Assembly: GCA_965279515.1 (NCBI GenBank) | Contig: CBDIID010000003.1 | Location: 960,001 to 1,024,000 of the forward strand | DNA length: 64,000 bases | Origin: Turneriella sp. | GTDB lineage: Bacteria; Spirochaetota; Leptospiria; Turneriellales; Turneriellaceae | Reading direction: 5' to 3' | Program-made: the position numbers and the translations under genes | Notes under the pieces: generated by a model | Databases searched by the model: none | Seen by the model: the letters and a program-made list of their open reading frames with translations, nothing else | What the model was told of the DNA's origin: nothing | Part shown: piece by piece, positions 1-9,711 of the stretch | How positions within the stretch are numbered: the first letter of the stretch is position 1 | Layout: the number at the start of each line of letters is the position of its first letter

Positions 1-220
1 TCGCTTCGCGCAGCTCCACAAGACCCGCCGTCGGCGTATAGCCGGTACGGTTGTCGGTCAAAGCCTTCACCATCGCTTCTTTGACAGGCGCCGGCACGGG
101 GAAATCCGGCTGACCGATCGACAGGTTCAGCGGGTTTTTGATTTTTGCGGCGAGGTCGAAAACCTTGCGGATTTCGCTCGTATCAATGCCGTGAATACGG
201 GAAGAAAAAAAATCGCGCAT
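1..220 (-). CDS. PLP-dependent aminotransferase class I/II, N-terminal part (runs off window start)
   Basis: Manual translation from ATG at 220: MRDFFSSRIHGIDTSEIRKVFDLAAKIKNPLNLSIGQPDFPVP...GYTPTAGLVELREA; typical GxPDF and Y...GxxELR motifs. Confidence 0.85.
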   Translation of the reverse strand, partial: MRDFFSSRIHGIDTSEIRKVFDLAAKIKNPLNLSIGQPDFPVPAPVKEAMVKALTDNRTGYTPTAGLVELREA

Positions 221-222
221 CG

Positions 223-462
223 TTACTCTAAGAGTTTGTCGGTCGCCTTGGTTTGCTCTTCTATCTCAAGGGTATTCAGCTGAATGCGGCATTCTTTCGA
301 AGACCAGGCTTTGACTTTTTCTTTTGCCTGCGCGCAGGCTGGTGATTTTTCGTCGGCGCAGAACTTCTGTTCGTATTGTTTGCAGTAGGATTTACCGCAG
401 TTCAGGGAACAAAAACCGACGACGGCCAGCAACACGGTTGCCGCTAAAACGCTTTTTCGCAT
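223..462 (-). CDS. Small Cys-rich putative lipoprotein
   Basis: MRKSVLAATVLLAVVGFCSLNC signal with lipobox-like end; further Cys residues; start chosen at internal ATG 462. Confidence 0.55.
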   Translation of the reverse strand: MRKSVLAATVLLAVVGFCSLNCGKSYCKQYEQKFCADEKSPACAQAKEKVKAWSSKECRIQLNTLEIEEQTKATDKLLE

Positions 463-501
463 GACGGGGATAAACAAAAACAAATTGCTGCGTCAAGAAC
501 A

Positions 502-1032
502 ATGTCCCGCGGAAAAATCATCTTCATCGCCTCAGTGATACTCATCGCCGTAGCCGCGATGCTCGCCCTGCGCGAGTATTTAATGCTGAAACGCATCCAG
601 GATACATTCCGGATGCCGGCGGCGACGGCAGAGACCCGGAACCCGGCAACGGCAGCGTCGGCGCCTGCAGAACCCGTAAAAATGGTCTATGGCGTGAAAC
701 GTTCCGGCGACAGCGTTTCGGCGCGCGCGCGTTTCAGCGCATTTAAAAAGGCCGTCGAAACGCGGCCCGAGGTGCTGCGCACCTGGGGCTCACTCGGCTG
801 GAAAATTCTCGAAGATATTCCCGCACTCTGCATACGCCATCTCGGCGACGAGGCACCCTTCAGAACACTGGGCGTCGTGCAGGGTGAGTGTATCACACAT
901 ATCGACGGTGAAACCGTCAACCAACCGATGCGCAACCTTGGCATCTGGCTGACATTGGGCGCGCGCAGCAGCATCCGCATCGATACGCTGCGCGATGGCC
1001 GCAAAATTTCATACCATCTCACCAAAGGCTAA
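502..1032 (+). CDS. GspC-like membrane-anchored PDZ-domain protein
   Basis: N-terminal TM; C-terminal PDZ-like segment (F..LG...G..ITHIDG...I.TLRDGRKI.Y); upstream of gspDEF. Confidence 0.6.
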   Translation: MSRGKIIFIASVILIAVAAMLALREYLMLKRIQDTFRMPAATAETRNPATAASAPAEPVKMVYGVKRSGDSVSARARFSAFKKAVETRPEVLRTWGSLGWKILEDIPALCIRHLGDEAPFRTLGVVQGECITHIDGETVNQPMRNLGIWLTLGARSSIRIDTLRDGRKISYHLTKG

Positions 1033-1517
1033 TGCAGCGGCACCTGAGGCTTGCATCTGTTGTTGCCGTGTCGATAGGTGCTGCATGGCTGCTGGTACAG
1101 GTCTTCCGCTTTTCCGTACTCGATTTTGCCCGCGTCAGCAATGAATCGATGCTCCCCCATCTTAAACCCGGGCAGATCATCGTTATCAGCAAACTGGCGC
1201 CTTGCCTGAAATTGCCCTTCACCGGCATCCGTGTGTTTTGCCGCCCCTGCGAAAGCGGCCGCGCCTACCTGTTTACCCACCCTGCCCGGCCCGGCCAGCG
1301 CCTGGTAAAGTTCGCTACAGAGCCCCAGGATTCAGCGCTGCGAAGAGACATAATCTGGTTTACGCAGGGTGCAGAGACACAGGCTCAATCCCTGAGTGCG
1401 ACGTCCTGCTATTTTGAAGGCAGTAACCGCGAGAATTCGATTGATTCCCGCCATTTCGGTCGCGTGCCGCTCGATAAAATTGATGGCAAAATAATTTATC
1501 CGCGCATTGCCCTATGA
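1032..1517 (+). CDS. Signal peptidase I (S26) family protein, short form
   Basis: TM anchor, box B SNESMLPHL (Ser), LVKF (Lys), box E GSNRENSIDSRHFG. Confidence 0.75.
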   Translation: MQRHLRLASVVAVSIGAAWLLVQVFRFSVLDFARVSNESMLPHLKPGQIIVISKLAPCLKLPFTGIRVFCRPCESGRAYLFTHPARPGQRLVKFATEPQDSALRRDIIWFTQGAETQAQSLSATSCYFEGSNRENSIDSRHFGRVPLDKIDGKIIYPRIAL

Positions 1518-3391
1518 TCGACGCCAAACAGAACCGCCTGCCCTCGCCCTTCGCGCTGCGCTACAAATTTACCCTGCTGATTTTTATGCTGCTCTTTGCG
1601 GTGCTGGTGTTCCGCGCGATTGAGCTGGCGATCGCCTCACCCCTGCCGCCTTCAGTGATCGGCGAATCGCAGAAGGTACGGCGCGGTGTGATCTTCGACG
1701 CGCGCGGGCATGAACTGGCGATCTCGCGCGATACCGTGTCGGTGGGCATTAAACCACTCGAGGCGCGGCTGCAAACCGAGGGTGTCGACGTGCTCGCACG
1801 CGTCACGGGTATCCCCAAAGCGGAGATCCTGCAAAAAATCAAAGGCAGCGATAAGTTTTTTTACCTGCGCCGCAAGATGCCGATCGATGAGGCGGCGCCG
1901 CTGCGCAAACTCGACCTGCAGGGCCTTGTGCTGCAGATGGAACCCGACCGCTATTACCCCAATGGCCGGCTGGCTTCGCAGATCATCGGCTTCACCGGCC
2001 TCGACGGCGAAGGGTTGGCGGGCGTCGAGTTCAGCCAGAACCAGACGCTGACGCGCGCGCGCGGCAATACCGCGACCACAGGCGGCAACGGCGAAGATTT
2101 TATCGGGCAGAATATCCATCTCACGGTGAACTCTTTCGTGCAGCACCAGCTCGAGAAGACACTCGCTGCCGGCATCGAAGACAGCGCGTCGAAACGGGCG
2201 ATGGGTGTCATCATTGAGACGCAGACGGGAAAAATTCTCGCGATGTCTTCGCAGCCCGATTTTGATCCAAATAACCCGAACAAGGTGCCCGAAGCCGCGC
2301 GCAAAAACCTGCCGATCAGTTTTCAATACGAACCCGGTTCGACGTTTAAGATTTTTACGATGGCGGCACTACTCAGGGAAAACATGCTCGACGAGGGGCG
2401 GGAGTACAACTGCCCCGGCTATTATGAATACAAGGGCAGCCGCATCAGCTGCACGCGCAAACACGGCAAACAGGATTTCACCCACGTCATGATGAACTCG
2501 TGCAACTTCGGTGTCATCTCGGCGTCGTGGCAGATGCCGGTGCTGAAACTCTATGAGAACCTGAAGGCCTTCGGCATCGGCTCGGCTTCAGAGATCGCTC
2601 TCCCCGGCGAGGCCAAGGGGCATCTGGCCAGCCCCAAGGACTGGGATTATTTTCTCAAGATGTCGATACCGATCGGCCACGGTGTCAGCGTCACGCCGCT
2701 GCAACTCGCCCTTGCCGCCAATGCCATCGGCAACGACGGCAATTTCATGCCGCCGCTGATTATCGACCGTGTCACGGACGCACAGGGCCGTGTCGTCGAG
2801 CGCAATGTGCCACAGGTCAAATACCGCGTGGCGTCGAGCGAGAATGCATCGAAGATCCGTGTCACACTGCGCGAGGTAGTGAAGAGCGGCACGGGTGCGG
2901 GGGCCGATCTCGGCCTTAAAGAATTCGACGTCTGCGGCAAAACCGGCACCTCGATCAAATCGACGAAAGAAGGTTATTCCGACAAATACCAGGCATCGTT
3001 CGTCGGCTTCTTTCCCTGCGACAAACCCGAGATTACGATCATGCTGATGTTCGACGAACCGAAAGGCGAGATGCACCAGGGCGCCACGGTCGCAGCCCCG
3101 GCCTTCCGCCGCGTATTGCGCGAAATCATTCCGGCGATCCATGTGGGCGAGCTAAGGCAGGTCAAGGGCCTCGCCACACCACAATACCGCTCGGTCGGGG
3201 GAGATAAGGCGACAATGCCGGATTTCCGCGGTTTTAGTAAGAAAGAGCTCCTGTTTCAGGTGTTATCGAAATTTCCGGGCGACCATAAGATCCAGGGTGC
3301 GGGTTATGTCTCATCACAGACGCCGGCCCCGGGCCAGGCTATAAATCCCCCCTATAATTTCAGTTTTCAGCTGGGATTTCCCGATGAATAA
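1514..3391 (+). CDS. Class B penicillin-binding protein (FtsI-like transpeptidase) with C-terminal PASTA-like domain
   Basis: RRGVIFD, RYYPNG, GLAGVE, EPGSTFK (SxxK), SCN (SxN), GKTGT (KTG); PASTA-like MPDFRG..GYVSSQTPAPG. Confidence 0.9.
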   Translation: MIDAKQNRLPSPFALRYKFTLLIFMLLFAVLVFRAIELAIASPLPPSVIGESQKVRRGVIFDARGHELAISRDTVSVGIKPLEARLQTEGVDVLARVTGIPKAEILQKIKGSDKFFYLRRKMPIDEAAPLRKLDLQGLVLQMEPDRYYPNGRLASQIIGFTGLDGEGLAGVEFSQNQTLTRARGNTATTGGNGEDFIGQNIHLTVNSFVQHQLEKTLAAGIEDSASKRAMGVIIETQTGKILAMSSQPDFDPNNPNKVPEAARKNLPISFQYEPGSTFKIFTMAALLRENMLDEGREYNCPGYYEYKGSRISCTRKHGKQDFTHVMMNSCNFGVISASWQMPVLKLYENLKAFGIGSASEIALPGEAKGHLASPKDWDYFLKMSIPIGHGVSVTPLQLALAANAIGNDGNFMPPLIIDRVTDAQGRVVERNVPQVKYRVASSENASKIRVTLREVVKSGTGAGADLGLKEFDVCGKTGTSIKSTKEGYSDKYQASFVGFFPCDKPEITIMLMFDEPKGEMHQGATVAAPAFRRVLREIIPAIHVGELRQVKGLATPQYRSVGGDKATMPDFRGFSKKELLFQVLSKFPGDHKIQGAGYVSSQTPAPGQAINPPYNFSFQLGFPDE

Positions 3392-3430
3392 AAGGTGGCT
3401 TGTCTTTTTTAGATTATTTGGCGCGTCTCA

Positions 3431-5485
3431 ATGATTATCCGCAAATTCAAACAGTCACGTTTAGCCTTTACGCTTGTAGGTTTATCGCGCCCTCTTTCAA
3501 TGACGTTAACTAAGGCCTGCGACGTGTTTTCCGACTCATCTTCTTTACTAAAGACCTCCTTTGCCTGCATTCTTCTCCTCTTAACTATCTCGGGGGATGC
3601 CCCGCTGCGTGCGCAAGAAACCGACGCCGCGAAACCTGCGCCCGAAGCGCCTGTTCCCGGGAAAAAGCCACCTGAGGCACCGACGGGCCCCGCCGACGCG
3701 CAGTTAGAGAAACTCGCCACCGAGAGCGAAAAAGAGGCCGCTGAACCGGAAGCCAAACCCGAGAAGAAAAAGGCTGCCGAAACCGCAGAAAAGCCGACAG
3801 CGAAAGCCGACAAAAAGAAATCTAAAAAAGACCGCGATAAAGACGGCGGCGCATTCCGTCCCGATTTCCGCGACCAGGAAATCCAGGATATCCTGAAGAT
3901 CTTCTCGAAGATCATCGGCAAAAATATCATCGCCGACGAAAAGGTCAAAGGCAAGATCACAGTCATCTCGCCCTATAAGATTCCGCGCTCGCTCGCCTAC
4001 CCCTATCTCTATTCGATGCTGGCAATCAAGGGCTTTGGTATCATCGAAGAAAACGAAAACCTCATCCGCGTCGTGGCGATGAAAGATGCACTCGCGGGCA
4101 GCCCGCTAATCTTCTTAGGCCGTGAAGAAATTAAAGACGCCGAAGTGAAGAGCGATTTGCCAGTCACGCAGATTCTGCCCGTCTATGGCGGCAAACCCTC
4201 GCGTCTCTCAGCAATTTTAAAGCGCCTGACAAGCACCAATACCGATCTCATTGATTACGATGATATCAGCATGCTGATTATTACCGGTAGCCAGTTTGAG
4301 GTGAACCGACTGATACGCGTTGCAAACCTGATTGACTATAAAGGTACACCGGTAGAAGAATGCGATAAAGTCAAAGACCCTGACTGCGATAAAGTGCGCG
4401 AATACGGCAATGTGCACGTTTATCGCCTCGAAAACATGCAGGCAGAAAATGTTGAAGCTACGCTGAAGAAAGTGCAGCTGCCGATCGAGCCTGTAGCCGC
4501 GCCTACACCCAGTGCCGGCGGCGGAGCTCCTGCACCTGCCGTCACGCAGGCGAATACGCAAAAGAAGCCGATCGACGTTGTCGGCCATAAAGAGACTAAT
4601 AGCATTATTTTCGTTGGTACCAACGATGAATTCGAACTCGTTAAGAGTCTCATTAAACGTATCGATCTGCAGCGCCAGCAGGTGTTGCTCGAAGTGTTGA
4701 TCGTCGAGGTCGGTGTCGACAATACCAATGAATTCGGTATCGACTGGATCGTCGGCCAGGGCGGCAGCGCGCAGTTTAACAGCAATGCCATCGCGACGAA
4801 GTCAGGCTATATTGGTACTGACGGCAGTATCAATACCTCGCGGCCCACGAGCCTTCCGGGTCTGACACTGACATTCGCCGATCAATCTATTACCAGCATC
4901 CTTGGCATCCTGAACGCCCACATCGGCCGTTCAAACTTTCTCGTCGTCTCGGCGCCGCAGATTCTGACGCTCGACAACCAGGAAGCGGAAATTAACGTCG
5001 GGCAGGACCAGCCTGTACGTGTGAACTCATTACAGACCCAGGTGGGGTCGACCTCGCAGAGTTTTGAATACCGCCCGGTGGGTATCAAATTGAAATTCAC
5101 CCCTCAGGTGAATAAGAACCGCATGGTGATGCTCAACCTGTTCCAGGAAGTCAAAACCATCAATGCAACGGATTCCGCTTCAGGTAACCCGATTATCAGC
5201 AAAAAGGACATCAAGACATTTGTTCGTGTTCAGGACGGCCAAACCATCGTCATCGGCGGCCTCGTGAGCAGCGACCGCCGCACCGAAATGAAAAAGGTGC
5301 CGATTTTGGGCGACCTTCCCCTCCTCGGTTATCTTTTCAAGCGGATCGGCACTTCGAACAAACGCAGCAACCTGATGGTATTTATCACTCCACACGTACT
5401 CACCAACCGTGCGGTAGCCGATAAGGTCACCGACGATCTGCGTAAAGATCAGGTTAAAGAACTCCGCCGCGGCCAGATCGATTAA
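3431..5485 (+). CDS. gspD: Type II secretion secretin GspD (true start may be further downstream)
   Basis: N0 domain FRDQEIQDI..KNII.D.KVKGKIT, QVLLEVLIVEV, APQILTLDNQEAEINVGQ, KVPILGDLPLLGYLF, LMVFITP. Confidence 0.92.
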   Translation: MIIRKFKQSRLAFTLVGLSRPLSMTLTKACDVFSDSSSLLKTSFACILLLLTISGDAPLRAQETDAAKPAPEAPVPGKKPPEAPTGPADAQLEKLATESEKEAAEPEAKPEKKKAAETAEKPTAKADKKKSKKDRDKDGGAFRPDFRDQEIQDILKIFSKIIGKNIIADEKVKGKITVISPYKIPRSLAYPYLYSMLAIKGFGIIEENENLIRVVAMKDALAGSPLIFLGREEIKDAEVKSDLPVTQILPVYGGKPSRLSAILKRLTSTNTDLIDYDDISMLIITGSQFEVNRLIRVANLIDYKGTPVEECDKVKDPDCDKVREYGNVHVYRLENMQAENVEATLKKVQLPIEPVAAPTPSAGGGAPAPAVTQANTQKKPIDVVGHKETNSIIFVGTNDEFELVKSLIKRIDLQRQQVLLEVLIVEVGVDNTNEFGIDWIVGQGGSAQFNSNAIATKSGYIGTDGSINTSRPTSLPGLTLTFADQSITSILGILNAHIGRSNFLVVSAPQILTLDNQEAEINVGQDQPVRVNSLQTQVGSTSQSFEYRPVGIKLKFTPQVNKNRMVMLNLFQEVKTINATDSASGNPIISKKDIKTFVRVQDGQTIVIGGLVSSDRRTEMKKVPILGDLPLLGYLFKRIGTSNKRSNLMVFITPHVLTNRAVADKVTDDLRKDQVKELRRGQID

Positions 5486-5488
5486 TCC

Positions 5489-7192
5489 ATGAGACGTTTC
5501 GGCGACATACTTGTCGAAGAAGGATTACTCGAAGCCGAAGAGCTGAAAAAAGCCCTCACCATCCAGCGTAAATCGGCCTATAAACTGGGCCAGATTCTCA
5601 TCAAAAAGGGCCTCATCTCAGAAGAGGACGCGCTCAAGGCGCTCTCGAAACAGTATGAGATGGACTATGCCGAAAAGCTCGAACCCAATAATGTCGACGA
5701 GCTGGTCGAAAAAGTACCGCTGAAGTTCGTCCAAAAATACCGCGTCGTGCCCTATGCGATGAAGGACCGCGAAATCAAGATCGCGATGACCGATCCGTCG
5801 ATTCTGCATCCCCTCGACGAGTTTCGCCTGCTGTTTATCGGCTACGACGTTATTCCTGTTCTCACGCGCGAAAGCGAAATTCTGCGGGTCATCCACAATG
5901 TCTATGAGGCCAAAAGCCGGGCCGAAGACGCCGACCTTGAGATGTCAGACGGGCTCGAGATTCTCGACGATATCCAGGATCTGCACGACTCGACCGAACT
6001 CGCGAACCAGGCGCCGATCATCAAGCTCGTCAACATGGTCTTGTCGAACGCAGTCAATGAGAAGGCATCGGATATTCACTTCGAGCCGCAGGAAAACAAA
6101 TTTATTATCCGCTTCCGTATCGACGGCATTCTGCACGAGATGATGACACCGCCCAAATCGGTGCAAAACGGCGTAATTTCGCGCGTCAAGATTATGGCGA
6201 ACCTCAACATCGCTGAGAACCGGTTGCCGCAGGACGGAAGGATTCGCCTGCGGTTCAGCGGTAATGATATCGATGTGCGGGTTTCGTCCCTGCCCACACA
6301 GCACGGCGAACGCCTCGTATTGCGTCTTTTGAACCGCACCGCGTCGAAATATGAACTCTCGTCGATCGGCTTTGAGAAAGAGACATACGAACAATTTGCC
6401 GAGATGATCAAACAGCCAAACGGCATTATTCTCATCACCGGCCCCACAGGTTCGGGTAAAACAACAACGCTCTACGCGGCGCTGGTGCGCCTGAATAGTT
6501 CGGAACGTAATATCATTACCGTCGAAGATCCGATCGAATACCAGATCGAAGGTATCGGCCAGGTGCAGGCCCGCGCCAAGATCGGTTTTACCTTCGCCGA
6601 GGGCTTAAGATCGATTCTGCGCCAGGACCCGGACGTCATCATGGTGGGGGAGATCCGCGATGAAGAGACTGCGCGCATCGCGATTCAGTCGTCACTCACC
6701 GGTCACTTGGTATTCTCGACACTGCACACCAACGACGCACCGTCGGCGGTCACGCGGCTACTCGATATGGGCATTGAACCTTTTCTCGTGACCTCGACCT
6801 GCCGCGGCATCATGGCGCAGCGCCTCGTACGCCGGCTTTGCCCGCATTGTAAAAAGGCCACGACCGTCAGCGCCCGGGAACTCGGCTCACTGGGCCTGCA
6901 CTATCACGCTGAAAAAAAAGTGAAAAAATCCCGAATGCCGACGGGAAAAGTCAAGATTTACGAGCCCAAAGGCTGCAAAGAATGCATGAACACCGGTTAC
7001 CGCGGGCGCATGGGGGTTTACGAGTTTATGCCGCTGACGGCAAAAATCAGGGAAATGGTATTACACCGCGCGTCACTCGACGACATCAAAACACGGGCAA
7101 TTGAAGAAGGGCTCATCACGCTTAGAAACGCGGCGCTGCGGCAGGTGATCGCCGGCATCACCTCGCTTGACGAAGCGATGCGCATTACCTAA
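5489..7192 (+). CDS. gspE: Type II secretion ATPase GspE
   Basis: ASDIHFEP, RLPQDG, Walker A GPTGSGKTT, LRQDPDVIMVGEIRD, TLHTND, CxxC..CxxC; N-terminal MshEN-like RFGDILV/KLGQILI. Confidence 0.95.
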   Translation: MRRFGDILVEEGLLEAEELKKALTIQRKSAYKLGQILIKKGLISEEDALKALSKQYEMDYAEKLEPNNVDELVEKVPLKFVQKYRVVPYAMKDREIKIAMTDPSILHPLDEFRLLFIGYDVIPVLTRESEILRVIHNVYEAKSRAEDADLEMSDGLEILDDIQDLHDSTELANQAPIIKLVNMVLSNAVNEKASDIHFEPQENKFIIRFRIDGILHEMMTPPKSVQNGVISRVKIMANLNIAENRLPQDGRIRLRFSGNDIDVRVSSLPTQHGERLVLRLLNRTASKYELSSIGFEKETYEQFAEMIKQPNGIILITGPTGSGKTTTLYAALVRLNSSERNIITVEDPIEYQIEGIGQVQARAKIGFTFAEGLRSILRQDPDVIMVGEIRDEETARIAIQSSLTGHLVFSTLHTNDAPSAVTRLLDMGIEPFLVTSTCRGIMAQRLVRRLCPHCKKATTVSARELGSLGLHYHAEKKVKKSRMPTGKVKIYEPKGCKECMNTGYRGRMGVYEFMPLTAKIREMVLHRASLDDIKTRAIEEGLITLRNAALRQVIAGITSLDEAMRIT

Positions 7193-7195
7193 GCT

Positions 7196-8416
7196 ATGCC
7201 GCATTATCAATATACCGCATTCACAAGTAAGGGACAAAAGGTTACCGACACCATTGAAGCCATCTCGCCGCAGGCGGCGACACAGAAGCTGAAGTCACTG
7301 AATCTTTACGTGCGCGAAATACGCGCTGACTCGGCCAAACGCGACCGCGAACTCTTCCCCTTCCTGAGTAATTTTCTTTATCGCATCAAACGCAAAGACA
7401 CGGGTATTTTCACGCGCCAGCTTGGTACGCTTCTGGGTGCGGGAATTCCGCTCAACGAGGCGCTTAACGACATCAGCGACCAGACCGAGAACAAACACCT
7501 GCGGAAAATCATCCAGGAGATGAAACAGCAGGTGATCGAAGGGAAATCCCTCTCCGAAGCAATCAAACAGCACGCCAATGTGTTTCCCCCGGTCTATGAA
7601 AGTATGATCCGGGTCGGCGAGGCAACCGGTAACTATGAACCGACGCTGAAACGGCTCGCCGATCTCGAAGAGCGCAATGAAGAACTCAAGGCGCGCGCGA
7701 TCACGGCGATGATCTACCCGATGTTCATGCTGCTGATTTCGGTGGGCGTGGTGTTTTTCCTGATGACGTCGGTGGTGCCCCAGCTCTCCGATCTTTTTAG
7801 TGGCTTTAAGGCGGAGCTCCCCCTGATCACGCGTATGGTGATCGGCCTTTCAAAACTCTTTTCTAACTTCTGGTATGTCATGATACTCGCCGTCGCGGGG
7901 GCTATTTACGGCTTCGTGCGCTACCGCAGCACGCCTGAAGGCAGGCATAAGACAGATAAGATGATCATGCGGATTCCTTTTTTTGGCGGGCTCCTGCGCC
8001 GCATTCAGGTCGGTCTCTTCTGCCGTAACCTCGGGATTCTCGCTGAAAGCCAGGTACCCCTGCTCGATGCCCTGAAGATTGTTTCGGGAACGATAACAAA
8101 TTCTATTTTTATCGACGAGCTCACCACGGCGATACAGCAGATTAAAGAGGGCTCTTCGCTGCGCGAATCCCTGAGAAATTCCGTGATTTTGCCGCAGATG
8201 GCGAAGGGAATGATATCTGCCGGTGAAAGCACCGACCGCCTGGCCGAGCTTCTCATCAAGGCCGCGGAGATCATGGAATCTGAAGTCGACAGCTCGGTAC
8301 GGCGCATGACACAATCGCTCGAACCGATCATGATTGTTTTTCTCGGCGGCATCGTCGCAGCGATCATGGCGGCGGTCATGCTGCCGATGTACAAGATGAC
8401 CGAGTACATAAAATAA
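7196..8416 (+). CDS. gspF: Type II secretion inner-membrane platform protein GspF
   Basis: FTRQLGTLLGAGIPL, GEATG, AMIYP, LEPIMI; follows gspE. Confidence 0.93.
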   Translation: MPHYQYTAFTSKGQKVTDTIEAISPQAATQKLKSLNLYVREIRADSAKRDRELFPFLSNFLYRIKRKDTGIFTRQLGTLLGAGIPLNEALNDISDQTENKHLRKIIQEMKQQVIEGKSLSEAIKQHANVFPPVYESMIRVGEATGNYEPTLKRLADLEERNEELKARAITAMIYPMFMLLISVGVVFFLMTSVVPQLSDLFSGFKAELPLITRMVIGLSKLFSNFWYVMILAVAGAIYGFVRYRSTPEGRHKTDKMIMRIPFFGGLLRRIQVGLFCRNLGILAESQVPLLDALKIVSGTITNSIFIDELTTAIQQIKEGSSLRESLRNSVILPQMAKGMISAGESTDRLAELLIKAAEIMESEVDSSVRRMTQSLEPIMIVFLGGIVAAIMAAVMLPMYKMTEYIK

Positions 8417-8467
8417 CCTTTTCACAACCCGCTTGCCGCACGATGACGGTTTTCAGACGCGTTTCCC

Positions 8468-9643
8468 GTGTGGCTCAGGATTCTTGAGTACCTTTCCGGA
8501 TTCCGGCGCCGCCGGATGCGCCTGAAGCGCGTCTTTCTGCGCAAGGTAATTCCACCGAAAATTCTGATCGTGCGCAACGACGGCATGGGCGATTTTATCC
8601 TGACCTTGCCGATCGTGTCGGCTATCAAACAACAGATGCCCGATGCCCGCGTCTATGTGCTCGCGGCGCGCGCTCTCCACAGCATGTCGTCTTTTCTTCC
8701 CGAGATCGACGGTTGGGTGCTGGATCCCGGGTGCCTTCTGAAGCGGCATAGGAAAAATAAATCGGACCTGCAGCTGAAAACCGAATACCATAGCCTCGTA
8801 CGTGAAGTTGCAGCCTACAGGTTTGACCTCGCCATCTTCTCTTACGCGGAAAAAACCAGCGCGGCACTGATCAGCGATGCCGGTATTCCATACCGTTTGG
8901 GGCCACTGCGCCGCAGCTTTTTTCTTAAATTCAATCTCTGGTATTATATTCCGCGGCAAAAGACCGGGCAGGCAGAATACCAGCTGAATCTGAAAATTCT
9001 GCGTTCGCTCAGGCTATCTAACCCCTACCGTTTTCCGCGTGTGGAGATCCCCGCGCTGAGCGTCAAAACAGTTACCGGGCGTTATGTTGTGATGCACGCC
9101 TACAAACGCTCGGGCACTGCACTTGTCTGGCCGGTCGAAAATTTTCAGGCACTCGCGCGCCATTATTCGGGGCAAAAGACCAAAGTGATCGTCGTCGGCG
9201 ACCGTGAAGACGCCGAAACCCTGCATGCTTATTTTGGTTCGATACCACTCACGCAGATTTTTACCGACCTGAATCTGGTACAGACGGCGGCGCTGATCCG
9301 CGGGGCACGGCATTTTTTTGGGAATTCTTCGGGACCACTGCACCTGGCGGCCCTCGTTGGCACGCCGCATACCGGTTTTTACCCGCAGAATAAAATTGCC
9401 GCGCCGCGCCGCTGGCGCACGCTGCCTTCGCCCCGCACGCCCCGCCTTTCAGAGCATCTGCTGAGCACCGACTTTCCGGTCAACTGTATCCGCTGCAAGC
9501 TTGAAAAATGCAGTTATTATCCCTGCACGAAAAAAATCAGCGTCGAATCGGCAGTAGCGTCGACCCGCTTCTGGAAAGCACAGGTGCAGGTGCGCACTCC
9601 TACGGTTAAAAAACGGGCCGCAAAGAAGCAAAAACAGCGCTGA
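8468..9643 (+). CDS. Glycosyltransferase family 9 (heptosyltransferase-like)
   Basis: ILIVRNDGMGDFILTLP, GNSSGPLHLAALVGTP, C-terminal Cys cluster. Confidence 0.85.
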   Translation: MWLRILEYLSGFRRRRMRLKRVFLRKVIPPKILIVRNDGMGDFILTLPIVSAIKQQMPDARVYVLAARALHSMSSFLPEIDGWVLDPGCLLKRHRKNKSDLQLKTEYHSLVREVAAYRFDLAIFSYAEKTSAALISDAGIPYRLGPLRRSFFLKFNLWYYIPRQKTGQAEYQLNLKILRSLRLSNPYRFPRVEIPALSVKTVTGRYVVMHAYKRSGTALVWPVENFQALARHYSGQKTKVIVVGDREDAETLHAYFGSIPLTQIFTDLNLVQTAALIRGARHFFGNSSGPLHLAALVGTPHTGFYPQNKIAAPRRWRTLPSPRTPRLSEHLLSTDFPVNCIRCKLEKCSYYPCTKKISVESAVASTRFWKAQVQVRTPTVKKRAAKKQKQR

Positions 9644-9656
9644 CATTTTGGTGACA
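9641..9656 (+). promoter_or_regulatory. Putative HemR-binding direct repeat TGACA-N6-TGACA upstream of hemA
   Basis: Sequence TGACAttttggTGACA ending 55 bp before the hemA ATG; matches the box described for Leptospira HemR; an OmpR-type regulator is in the same operon. Confidence 0.75.
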
Positions 9657-9711
9657 GCTTGTTTAGATTGCATTTTTGCCCGGAAGCTGATTGTAATTTA
9701 TCCCTAGCCGC

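Noticed and set aside
4361..4395. TGCGATAAAGT direct repeat in gspD (CDKV twice)
   Set aside because: Short in-frame duplication in an interdomain loop, probably a disulfide loop; no evidence of a regulatory or mobile role
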